From NCBI GenBank assembly GCA_001822065.1, contig MHPJ01000026.1, positions 5,281-69,280 of the forward strand: 64,000 nt of DNA, in the 5' to 3' direction. Positions within the stretch are counted from its first letter, which is position 1. The number at the start of each line of letters is the position of its first letter. The stretch comes from Candidatus Staskawiczbacteria bacterium RIFOXYB1_FULL_37_44. Lineage in GTDB: Bacteria; Patescibacteriota; Minisyncoccia; Minisyncoccales; Staskawiczbacteraceae. Shown here piece by piece: positions 47,036 through 55,324 of this stretch. Under the pieces are notes generated by a model. It worked only from the letters and a program-made list of their open reading frames with translations, ran no database searches and was not told where the DNA came from. A program made the position numbers and the translations under genes.

Positions 47036-47458
47036 TTATGAAATTAAACTAAGATTATTATTAATAACAATTGGCTGTAAAGCCTCAATTTCTTCTTTGT
47101 ATTGCATTTCTGGTACCGTGTTTAGCAAAAAAATCTTTTTATTATTAACATACGCTTGACCCATTTCTATTAAGGTATTGCCACCGATATAATTTTTAAT
47201 TCCGTTCTTGTCAAAATTCAAAACCAAAACCGCATCACTGTTAAGAATTTCGTTGTAGTGATATCTAATGTAGTCGTGCTCAATTTTAACTTTGGCGTGT
47301 TCTTTTTGCATTCTTTCCCAAAGCTCCGGCAGTTTGCCTGCGGCTCGGGCAACATAATGTTCGTGCAACTCGCATTCGTGTCCCAACGCCTTTAATTCAT
47401 CCCTATATTCAACCATCTCTTTGCAAAAATAAGAACTGCCAACAATTGCTATCTTCAT
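47036..47458 (-). CDS. nucleoside 2-deoxyribosyltransferase-like protein (NDT/LOG-like Rossmann fold), paralog 1
   Basis: MKIAIVGS N-terminal glycine motif and C-terminal GGNTLIEMGQAYVNNKKIFLL (G..ExGxA..K with catalytic-type Glu). Confidence 0.55.
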   Translation of the reverse strand: MKIAIVGSSYFCKEMVEYRDELKALGHECELHEHYVARAAGKLPELWERMQKEHAKVKIEHDYIRYHYNEILNSDAVLVLNFDKNGIKNYIGGNTLIEMGQAYVNNKKIFLLNTVPEMQYKEEIEALQPIVINNNLSLIS

Positions 47459-47465
47459 ACTATTG

Positions 47466-47873
47466 TTAATCTATTTTAGATAAATCTCCATTTAAAGTTA
47501 TAGAATCAAGCCCGATTACTTCCTCATAGTGCGGATGTTTCTCTGTTATTGGATTTAAAAAATATATCTTTTTGTTTAAAAAGAAGGCAACCGATAATTC
47601 CATTAAAGTATTTGAACCAAAATAACCAGTTATGCCTTTTTTCTCTTTATTAAATATCAAAACTGCGTCAGAATTTTCTATTTTTCTAAAATGATTTTTC
47701 GTAAAACTTGGTTTCATTTCTAAAAACTTTTCTCTTCCATAATCATTCTGATACTGTTCCTCAGTAACTAAAGGTTCAGGAGCAAAAACTTCAAAACCCT
47801 TACTTTTCAAAAACTCCATCGCCTCGCCCATTTCTTTAGCAAATGTACAACTTCCACATATTGTAATTATTAT
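47466..47873 (-). CDS. NDT-like paralog 2, apparent non-AUG (AUA/AUU) start
   Basis: The listed ATG ORF lacks the N-terminal motif. The in-frame upstream sequence encodes IITICGSCTFAKEM, matching MKIAIVGSSYFCKEM of paralog 1. C-terminal GSNTLMELSVAFFLNKKIYFL. Confidence 0.45.
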   Translation of the reverse strand: MIITICGSCTFAKEMGEAMEFLKSKGFEVFAPEPLVTEEQYQNDYGREKFLEMKPSFTKNHFRKIENSDAVLIFNKEKKGITGYFGSNTLMELSVAFFLNKKIYFLNPITEKHPHYEEVIGLDSITLNGDLSKID

Positions 47874-47878
47874 ATTTT

Positions 47879-48310
47879 CTAAACTTTTAAGCGTTCTTTT
47901 ATTTTACTAATATCTCCGTTCAAAATAATTGGCTTCATATGCATAACCTCAACCCAATATCTTGCAGTTTCCTTTGGTGGCGGCGGATATAACAAGAATA
48001 TCTTTTGTTTCAAATAATATGCCAACCCGAGTTCAATTAAAGAATGAGAACCGATGTAGCCGTGCGTGCCATCCTTTGGGTGGTTCAAGAGCAAAATAGC
48101 ATCGCAATTTTCCTGAATATCCATACAAGATTTCATAATATCTGTCCTTTCGCAATGGTCCATATCCTCATTTAATTTCAAATGAGGTTTTTCAAAACAA
48201 TCATGAGTGTCTGGGGCGTAATCTGCTTCAAAACCCATATCCTCCAAATCTTTTCTTGTTTTAATTATTTCTAAGGCAAAACTCATACTGCCGGCAATAA
48301 AAATTTTCAT
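47879..48310 (-). CDS. NDT-like paralog 3
   Basis: MKIFIAGSMSF...GSHSLIELGLAYYLKQKIFLL. Confidence 0.55.
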   Translation of the reverse strand: MKIFIAGSMSFALEIIKTRKDLEDMGFEADYAPDTHDCFEKPHLKLNEDMDHCERTDIMKSCMDIQENCDAILLLNHPKDGTHGYIGSHSLIELGLAYYLKQKIFLLYPPPPKETARYWVEVMHMKPIILNGDISKIKERLKV

Positions 48311-48313
48311 GGT

Positions 48314-48781
48314 TTAAATAATTTTTAATTCTTTTAACCAGTCATACCAAATTGGTTCTATGCCTGGTGATTTTTCCCAATCCTTATTTGAAATATTTCC
48401 TTTTTTGTACTCCTCGGTTTTTTTAGCTAATTTATTTATTAAATCTTTTGAAAAAAATTTTGCTTGTTTTGTTTCATCTTCGCTTCTTTTTATTTCTCCC
48501 TCGGCCTCGATTTCATAAATTTTCCAATAGTGCCATGTTCCATTTTCCCTACGACACGGATTTTCCTTCCGGCCTTCAGCAGTAAGTTTCATATTTTTTA
48601 CAGACAATCCAACTTCTTCCTTTAATTCCCGCTTCGCCGCATCTTCAAAAGAAATGTCTGTGTCAACATGGCCTGCTGGCGGAGCAAATCCAAATGGAAA
48701 TCTCTTTCTTTCAACAAGTAAAATATTTTCACCGCTCCAAACCAACATTCCTACACTTGTGTGGTCACATTGTTTTATCAT
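48314..48781 (-). CDS. NUDIX hydrolase (second)
   Basis: NUDIX box AGHVDTDISFEDAAKRELKEEVGL. Confidence 0.75.
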   Translation of the reverse strand: MIKQCDHTSVGMLVWSGENILLVERKRFPFGFAPPAGHVDTDISFEDAAKRELKEEVGLSVKNMKLTAEGRKENPCRRENGTWHYWKIYEIEAEGEIKRSEDETKQAKFFSKDLINKLAKKTEEYKKGNISNKDWEKSPGIEPIWYDWLKELKII

Positions 48782-48810
48782 ATTTCAACGCATTATTTAT
48801 TACACGGACA

Positions 48811-48849
48811 CTGGATTGCCACGCCCCGTGCGCGGGGCTCGCAATGACA
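48811..48849. repeat. family B right-half element with internal GCCCCGTGCGCGGGGC hairpin
   Basis: CTGGATTGCCACGCCCCGTGCGCGGGGCTCGCAATGACA. Confidence 0.8.
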
Positions 48850-49152
48850 CTAAGTTAAAACTAAGATAAAGCTGGTGTTTTGGGAGGATTTTAGGGAATG
48901 CGCAATATTTTTTTCCATTTTGATAAATACGCCCGGTAGCATTTCAATATTTTCTCCGGCATAAGTAAAAACGCCCTTTCCCTCAATTACATAAACAAAA
49001 CCCTGTTTTGTTGAAGTATGCTCTGAAATTTCTGTGCCTTCTGCCATAGAAAACAAAGTAATATCAAGCTTTTCGCTTTTCTCAATTACTTTGCTCAAAA
49101 TTCCTCCGGCAGAATATGAAATATTTTCTTTTAAATTCATTTGCTTTGTCAT
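48850..49152 (-). CDS. cupin-domain small protein
   Basis: Double-stranded beta-helix pattern (G..EH..T..GFVYVIEGKG). Confidence 0.5.
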   Translation of the reverse strand: MTKQMNLKENISYSAGGILSKVIEKSEKLDITLFSMAEGTEISEHTSTKQGFVYVIEGKGVFTYAGENIEMLPGVFIKMEKNIAHSLKSSQNTSFILVLT

Positions 49153-49265
49153 TCCGGGCTCGACCCGGAATCTATAACTTTGTTTATTCCACGGACTCTG
49201 GATTCCCGCTTTCGCGGGAATGACACACCTGTAGCGGTTTTTTGCCTCGAGGCAAAAAACCGCTA
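49147..49265. repeat. cluster of family C variant (GTCATTCCGGGCTCGACCCGGAATC), family A copy (49198-49226) and family D palindrome (49232-49265)
   Basis: Three palindromic elements packed between the cupin gene and the ABC transporter gene. Confidence 0.85.
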
Positions 49266-49267
49266 AT

Positions 49268-51160
49268 TTAAAAATTTGTTAGTTTGGCTTCGCCATGATT
49301 TCCTTTCTCCTCATCATTTTCGTCTTCAATTTCTAAATCATCTTCTGATTCTTCGTTATCTGGTGACTTTAAAAATCCGCCGGCTTGCAATTCCCAAAGC
49401 TTCTTATATAGGCTGTTTTCTTTTTCAAGCAAATCCTTATGACTGCCTTGTTCTATAATTTTTCCTTGGTCTATAACTATAATACGATCCATTTTTTGGA
49501 TTGTAGACAGGCGGTGGGCAATTACAATTGTTGTTTTGCCATGCATTAAAGTGCTCAAAGCATCTTGAATTAGCATTTCAGAATGCGAATCTAAGCTTGA
49601 AGTTGCTTCATCAAGCACCAGAACCGGAGCATTTTTCAAAATAGCCCTGGCAATTGCCACCCTTTGGCGCTCGCCTCCTGATAATTTAATTCCGCGTTCT
49701 CCCACAAAAGTATCAAATTTATAGGGCAAATTGGCAATAAAATCGTCGCAGTGTGCCAATTCCGCTGCCCTGGCAATTTCATCCATTGTGGCTCCACGCG
49801 CGCCGTAGGCTATGTTTTCTGCTAATGTACGATGGAATAAAATTGGGTCTTGGGGAACCATTGAAATGTTTTGGCGCAGGCTTTCTTGCGTTGCTTCCGC
49901 AATATCTTGTCCGTCAATTAAAATTTTGCCGGCGGTGGGCGAATACAGCCTCAAAAGCAGCCTTACAAAAGTTGTTTTACCAGCTCCCGACGGCCCGATC
50001 AATGCCACCTTTTCTCCGGGCTTTATTATTAAATTTATATCTCCCAGCACTTTTCTGGTTTCATTAAAATTAAAACTTAAATTCTCAAATTTTATTTCTC
50101 CTGAGCTAAGCTCAAGAGATTTCGCGGCTGGAATATCCACAATTTCATGAGGCAAATTTAAAATTTCCACCATTTCTTTGGCATCGGCATAAGACTGGTA
50201 TGCATATCTTATCACGCGGGTAAACCCCCAAAGCTGGTCAATAAGATTTAAAATGTAAAACTGCAACATAACAAAAACTCCAACTGTAACCAACCCCTGC
50301 TGCCAATATTTTATTGCGTAAAAGAATAAAATAAATTGTATCGCAAATCCCAAAAAAGCCTGCGTTGCTTCCATTATAGAATCCAAATTCCATGCAAAAC
50401 TGGTTACTTTTGCCTGCTCGCCAGTAATTTTTTTATAACCTGTTGATTCAAAATTATAACCGTTAAAAAGCTGGACATTGTTTTGATTTGAAATTGTATC
50501 GGCCAGATAACCCGTTGTTTTTGAATCAATTTCTGCCACCTTGATATCATATTTTAATTTCCACCTTGAAAAAATAATATTAAACAGCAAAAATATTGTC
50601 ACCCAAATAAAAATAATCAAAGTTATCCATTTATTTATAAAAAATACAACTATAAGCACTGAAATAACCCTTACCACCAAAGGCAAAACATCCCAAATTA
50701 GCCTGTCGCTTAAAGTTTCAAACGACCTGGCAAAACGGTTGACTCTCTGCACCAAACTGCCCGCAAAACTGTTAGTAAAAAAACTGTATGAATGTTGCAT
50801 TAAATAGTCGTAAGATTGCTGTTTTAGGCGGGCAATTGCTGTTGGCTGGTAAATATTATTTGCGTAAGTGGCAATTCTGTAGCCAAGCCAAACAACGCCG
50901 TCTAAGACCAAAACTTCCAAAATTATAAAAACCAGTTGGCGGGCAACTTCACCTTTATCTCCCGCGCCGGCGATTACATCAAAAAATTGTTTGTAAAAAA
51001 TCGGCACAATAATTGTTGTAACGCTGGCGGCAACCATTGAAATAAATATAACAAAAAGCCACCACTTTTGCGGTTTTATTCCACGCCAAAAAGCGCGTAA
51101 AACATCTTTAACTTTTACCTCCGGATAAATTATTGATTTTTGCGCTTTTTCTTGTGGCAT
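49268..51160 (-). CDS. ABC transporter, fused permease/ATP-binding (exporter, MsbA-like)
   Basis: 6 TM plus Walker A GPSGAGKTT, signature LSGGERQR, Walker B VLVLDEATS. Confidence 0.85.
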   Translation of the reverse strand: MPQEKAQKSIIYPEVKVKDVLRAFWRGIKPQKWWLFVIFISMVAASVTTIIVPIFYKQFFDVIAGAGDKGEVARQLVFIILEVLVLDGVVWLGYRIATYANNIYQPTAIARLKQQSYDYLMQHSYSFFTNSFAGSLVQRVNRFARSFETLSDRLIWDVLPLVVRVISVLIVVFFINKWITLIIFIWVTIFLLFNIIFSRWKLKYDIKVAEIDSKTTGYLADTISNQNNVQLFNGYNFESTGYKKITGEQAKVTSFAWNLDSIMEATQAFLGFAIQFILFFYAIKYWQQGLVTVGVFVMLQFYILNLIDQLWGFTRVIRYAYQSYADAKEMVEILNLPHEIVDIPAAKSLELSSGEIKFENLSFNFNETRKVLGDINLIIKPGEKVALIGPSGAGKTTFVRLLLRLYSPTAGKILIDGQDIAEATQESLRQNISMVPQDPILFHRTLAENIAYGARGATMDEIARAAELAHCDDFIANLPYKFDTFVGERGIKLSGGERQRVAIARAILKNAPVLVLDEATSSLDSHSEMLIQDALSTLMHGKTTIVIAHRLSTIQKMDRIIVIDQGKIIEQGSHKDLLEKENSLYKKLWELQAGGFLKSPDNEESEDDLEIEDENDEEKGNHGEAKLTNF

Positions 51161-51169
51161 AAAATTTTA

Positions 51170-51772
51170 TTATTCTAAGATTTTAGTCAAATCTTTTTTA
51201 AACTGATTAAAATCCTGAAATACAATGCTTTTTATTCCAAGGGCTTCGGCTGATTTTGTGTTTCTTTCTTTGTCGTCAGTAAATACTGCTTCATCTGCTT
51301 TTACATTTAATTTTTTAAGGGCGTGCTGGTAAATCTTTGGGTTTGGTTTTGATATTTTTAAGTTATATGAGTTCACGACGATATCAAATAAATGATAAAT
51401 TTTAAAAACGTTTTTTATTAGGTTTTCCAGTTCTGAATTATAATTTGATAAAATAGCCGTTTTATATTTCTTTTTTAGTTCCCCTATATAATCTATCATT
51501 TCCGGCCTAACACGCACAGTTGATTTTACCTCAAGAAGAATATCATTTAGTTCTTCCGCCGCCAAATTTATTGACGGCTTGGTTTTTTCATAGAACTCAA
51601 AAATAGTCTCGTATTCGGCAAGGTTAGCTCCATGGTTGTATTCGTCCAGGAGCTTTTCAAGCGAGCCATCCTCAAGTGAGTGTTTGATTTTGTGTTTTTC
51701 GTATATTTCTCTATTTCTGGTAACAATAGGTCCGTCAAAATCAAAAATTATTGCTTTAATTTCATTTTTCAT
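51170..51772 (-). CDS. HAD-superfamily hydrolase
   Basis: DxDG motif IIFDFDGPI. Confidence 0.65.
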   Translation of the reverse strand: MKNEIKAIIFDFDGPIVTRNREIYEKHKIKHSLEDGSLEKLLDEYNHGANLAEYETIFEFYEKTKPSINLAAEELNDILLEVKSTVRVRPEMIDYIGELKKKYKTAILSNYNSELENLIKNVFKIYHLFDIVVNSYNLKISKPNPKIYQHALKKLNVKADEAVFTDDKERNTKSAEALGIKSIVFQDFNQFKKDLTKILE

Positions 51773-52008
51773 AAAAATCTTTTATTCGTGAATGCGTACC
51801 CGGAACTTGATTTCAGATACTTTTCAAAATTGTATGCTTTTGCTTTTTCTAAAAAAGCACAATACCAAATTAATTTGTATGGTCTTTTTGAATCAGAATA
51901 TTTTGCATTGCCAGAATTATGTTCTGCCAAACGCCTTTTTAAATCAGAAGTAACTCCAATATATCTACTTTTATCTTTCTCACTTTGCAAAATATATACG
52001 TAAAACAT
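51769..52008 (-). CDS. GIY-YIG nuclease-domain small protein
   Basis: FYVYILQS...YIGVTSDLKRRLAEHN. Confidence 0.65.
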   Translation of the reverse strand: MFYVYILQSEKDKSRYIGVTSDLKRRLAEHNSGNAKYSDSKRPYKLIWYCAFLEKAKAYNFEKYLKSSSGYAFTNKRFL

Positions 52009-52136
52009 AATTTACAGCCCCACTTCGCAAGGCCACACTACGCCAAGGCTTCGCGTGGCATGCTTCGCGGGACACCACTTCGCTTTAAACTTATCATCTA
52101 TTATTATCGGCTATATTTCAATGGTGCTTGCACCGC

Positions 52137-52156
52137 GTAGCTCTGAGTAATCTCAG
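52137..52156. terminator. perfect hairpin GCTCTGAG-taat-CTCAGAGC adjacent to the tRNA-Ala 3' end
   Basis: 8-bp stem, 4-nt loop. Confidence 0.4.
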
Positions 52157-52163
52157 AGCGAAG

Positions 52164-52237
52164 TGGTGGACCTGGGCGGAATCGGACCGCCGCCTCGTCA
52201 ATGCGAATGACGCATAATACCACTTTACTACAGGCCC
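52164..52237 (-). tRNA. tRNA-Ala (anticodon CGC) with encoded CCA
   Basis: Reverse complement: acceptor GGGCCTG/CAGGTCC with G3:U70, anticodon stem CGTCA/TGACG, loop TTCGCAT, discriminator A, CCA. T-loop is TCCGATT (C at position 55, non-canonical). Confidence 0.65.
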
Positions 52238-52277
52238 GAGCCACATTTTGCTTTCGCAAAAGTGGAATTTTCGATTT

Positions 52278-52685
52278 TCATTTATCAATTTTCAAATATT
52301 TTTCATTTTCCAAATCTTCATTGGCGCAAAAAACAGTGTAGTCAATTAGAATTTCCTCTCCTTTTTCGATATCCCTTACAGCAACATCATTATCTCCAAT
52401 TGTTTTAATATTTGGATTTTTTGAATGGTTTATAAATCTTGTGTCGTCTAAACATAAACAATGCAATCCGTCTTGTTTGTCTTTATATGCATACTTTTTA
52501 ATTTGCCTAAAACTTTCTTTGCTTAATTCTTTTTCCATTTGTTTCCACTGCTCTTCAAAATATTTTGCAATTCCAAAATTATCGTTATTTTTTATAACAA
52601 TTGTTCCTTTTTTAATATCTTCATTGGCAAACAATCCAATGCCTTCAATTTTTGAAACGCCAAGGTTTGTCTTCACTAAAATCAT
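52278..52685 (-). CDS. SET-domain protein (putative protein-lysine methyltransferase)
   Basis: GIGLFANEDIKKGTIV, TRFINHSKNPNI (RFINHSCxPN-type) and GEEILIDY motifs. Confidence 0.6.
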   Translation of the reverse strand: MILVKTNLGVSKIEGIGLFANEDIKKGTIVIKNNDNFGIAKYFEEQWKQMEKELSKESFRQIKKYAYKDKQDGLHCLCLDDTRFINHSKNPNIKTIGDNDVAVRDIEKGEEILIDYTVFCANEDLENEKYLKIDK

Positions 52686-52715
52686 AATTTTTACTTTATG
52701 TTTTATTTGTCATAC

Positions 52716-52744
52716 TCTGGATTCCCGCTTTCGCGGGAATGACA
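52716..52744. repeat. family A element, intergenic (preceded by TGTCATA half)
   Basis: CTCTGGATTCCCGCTTTCGCGGGAATGACA. Confidence 0.9.
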
Positions 52745-52852
52745 CTAATCGTTTTGTTGATGCCGGCAAAACGATAAATTACCATAAAATCTAGCACCAT
52801 TTTGTTGTCGTCAACAAAATGGTATTTACAAATAAATTATTTATTGTATAAT

Positions 52853-52923
52853 TCGGCGCACTCAGAATCGAACTGAGGCCGCAGACTCCCGAAGTCTGCA
52901 TACTACCACTATACGATGCGCCG
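52853..52923 (-). tRNA. tRNA-Pro (anticodon CGG)
   Basis: Reverse complement: C1:G72 acceptor CGGCGCA/TGCGCCG, anticodon stem CAGAC/GTCTG, loop TTCGGGA, T-arm CTCAG/TTCGATT/CTGAG. Confidence 0.75.
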
Positions 52924-53000
52924 CTGATATAAATCTACCTTATTATTTAAAATTAAAAATTTAAAATTGAAAATTCCAGTCCCGCCGCAGCGGGATCTGG

Positions 53001-54527
53001 CTACGTTACCCAATATTTTTGTTTAGTCATTGTGTCTTCTTTGGTTTCAATTTCCGACTTTTCCTGTTTTGACTTTTCAGACAGTTTCTGCAGTTCTTTA
53101 TCGCTTAATTTTCCCAATTTTGCAACCTCTTTTTCCAAAAATTCATTATTGTTCTTTTTTGGATCGTCTAAAACATAACCCAATAGGACATTTAAAATTT
53201 GCCCTATCTTGGGCCCTGGCTTTTCACTCAAAATTTTCATTATGCCCTCCCCGTTTATTTTCAACATTTTAGCAGAAATCGGGTCTTTGGAAACTTTTTC
53301 AATTAAATATTTTAAATGGCGCAGTTTATACGGCTCGGCTTTTGGCACGCCAGATCCAATTCTGTCTGCCTGCCTTACCTGTAATAATTCTTCCATATTT
53401 TCTGGCCCCACATTTTTTACCAGCCTTCTCACAGACGCTTCGCCAACTTCATCAACATTATAATAAAACAAATGAAAACGCACTAATTTTGTAATTTTTT
53501 CAACATTTTTTTTTGGAAATTTCAAACGATTCAAAATTTGAAAAGCCATTTTAGCTCCCACAATTTCATGGTTATAAAATGTTGCGCTTTCGCCCTCGCC
53601 GGTTTTCACGCGGGGCTTAGCAATATCGTGCAGTAAAGCCGCCAGTCTGACGTGCATATTAAAACCTTTTTTGGCAGCGTATTCTAAAGCTTTTACCGCA
53701 TGCCAATAACAGTCGTAAATGTGATGTTTGCTTTGCAAAACTCCGTAATTATCCAGCAATTCAGGCACAATATATTTTAGCAAGTCCAACTCGCGCAAAA
53801 GCTCTATGCCATGAGCCGGGCCGGTTGCCCCGCTATCGTCCGCAGACGATTTTGCGGGGTCAGCCATAATTATTTTTACAAATTCATCGCGGATTCTTTC
53901 TTTTGAAATAGCTTCCAGCCAAATTGCATTTTTTTTAATTGCCTCTTTAGTTTTCTCTTCAATTTCAAAACCCAAAATTACAGCAAACCTTACTGCCCTT
54001 AACATTCTTAGCGCGTCTTCATTAAAACGTTCTTCCGCGTTTCCCACTGTCCTGATTATCTTATTTTTTAAATCTTTTTGGCCATCAAATAAATCAACAA
54101 TTTTTTTCTTTGCATCCATGGCAATCGCATTTATTGTAAAATCGCGTCTAGCTAAGTCGTCTTCCAGCTTTTCAGCATATTTTACTTGGTCAGGATGGCG
54201 CTTGTCAGAATATTTTGCTTCTAACCTGTAAGTTGTAATTTCTATCTCCCTTGGCTCGCCGAAGCCCTTGCTCGCCTCGCTGGAGCTTTGGCGAAGCGGG
54301 GCGAAGGCGGCGACTGTCCTTACAGTAACTGTCAAAAAATTATTCTCATAAAAACTGCCTGGAAATACTTTTTGAATTTCTTCTGGTTTTGCGTTTGTGG
54401 TTACGTCCCAGTCATTTGGCTCTTGCCCCAGCAAAAAATCACGCGCGCATCCGCCTACAATAAAAGCCTCAAAACCGGCTTTTTCCAGTTTTTCTATAAC
54501 ATTTTTTACTTCTTTTGGAATTATCAT
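53001..54527 (-). CDS. cca: CCA-adding enzyme / tRNA nucleotidyltransferase with HD domain
   Basis: GGCARD...DWD polymerase-beta NT motif plus HD domain (LLHDIAKP). In-frame family F insert at about 54251-54310 (SSSEASKGFGEPRE). Confidence 0.8.
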   Translation of the reverse strand: MIIPKEVKNVIEKLEKAGFEAFIVGGCARDFLLGQEPNDWDVTTNAKPEEIQKVFPGSFYENNFLTVTVRTVAAFAPLRQSSSEASKGFGEPREIEITTYRLEAKYSDKRHPDQVKYAEKLEDDLARRDFTINAIAMDAKKKIVDLFDGQKDLKNKIIRTVGNAEERFNEDALRMLRAVRFAVILGFEIEEKTKEAIKKNAIWLEAISKERIRDEFVKIIMADPAKSSADDSGATGPAHGIELLRELDLLKYIVPELLDNYGVLQSKHHIYDCYWHAVKALEYAAKKGFNMHVRLAALLHDIAKPRVKTGEGESATFYNHEIVGAKMAFQILNRLKFPKKNVEKITKLVRFHLFYYNVDEVGEASVRRLVKNVGPENMEELLQVRQADRIGSGVPKAEPYKLRHLKYLIEKVSKDPISAKMLKINGEGIMKILSEKPGPKIGQILNVLLGYVLDDPKKNNNEFLEKEVAKLGKLSDKELQKLSEKSKQEKSEIETKEDTMTKQKYWVT

Positions 54528-54602
54528 TATTTTTCCATACTACTCTAAAAATTGATATTTTTCAACAAATCTGGTAAAATAATACAAGTTCAGTAATTAT
54601 TT

Positions 54603-54677
54603 GCCCCCGTAGTTGAATGGACACAATATTGCGCTTCGAACGCAAAGATGAGGGTTCGATTCCTTCCGGGGGCACCA
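54603..54677 (+). tRNA. tRNA-Arg (anticodon UCG) with CCA
   Basis: Acceptor GCCCCCG/CGGGGGC, anticodon loop CTTCGAA, T-loop TTCGATT. Confidence 0.8.
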
Positions 54678-54702
54678 GCGTAATTTTCAATTTTCAATAA
54701 TC

Positions 54703-55077
54703 ATGAAAAATAAATTCTTACCGGTAATTTTATTTTTATTATTTTTATTTCCAGTTTTTGCTTTTGCTCAAGGATTGGTGCCTTGCGGAAACGCTCCTGA
54801 CGGAAGTGATGCCTGTACAATAAATGATTTTTTTATTATGCTGGTAAGGGTTTATGATTTTATTGTTAAAATGATTGCGACACCGCTGGCTGTTATCGCG
54901 CTTATTGTGGGAGCAATTTTAATGATGGCTTCGGCGGGAGATCCGGGCATATTTGGCAAAGGCAAGGAGATTATTAAATGGGCGGTCATAGGATTGTTTC
55001 TGGTTTGGGGATCATTTTTAATAATTGACTTTATCTTAAAAACAATTGGTTTTCTCGGAAACTGGTCAAGTTTATAA
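54703..55077 (+). CDS. pilin-like small secreted two-TM protein, same family as the 11033-12760 array
   Basis: Signal peptide plus MMASAGDPGIFGKGKEIIKWAVIG motif. Confidence 0.5.
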   Translation: MKNKFLPVILFLLFLFPVFAFAQGLVPCGNAPDGSDACTINDFFIMLVRVYDFIVKMIATPLAVIALIVGAILMMASAGDPGIFGKGKEIIKWAVIGLFLVWGSFLIIDFILKTIGFLGNWSSL

Positions 55078-55090
55078 CAATTCATATTAC

Positions 55091-55161
55091 GCCTCCATAG
55101 CTTAATGGTAAAGCTACCGACTCTTAATCGGCTGTTCTGGGTTCGATTCCCAGTGGGGGCA
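55091..55161 (+). tRNA. tRNA-Lys (anticodon CUU)
   Basis: Acceptor GCCTCCA/TGGGGGC, anticodon loop CTCTTAA (A:C mismatch at top of stem), T-arm CTGGG/TTCGATT/CCCAG. Confidence 0.7.
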
Positions 55162-55324
55162 CACTTCGACAAGCTCAGTGCAGGCTTTACAAAACAAAAT
55201 AAATAGAGTAGAATAAACATATTACACATAAAAACAGCGGCATCGCCGCAATTTATACAAATGTATTTGATATATCGTGTACAAATTGCGGCATGAATTT
55301 ACTCGCTCCGCTACATAAATTCAA

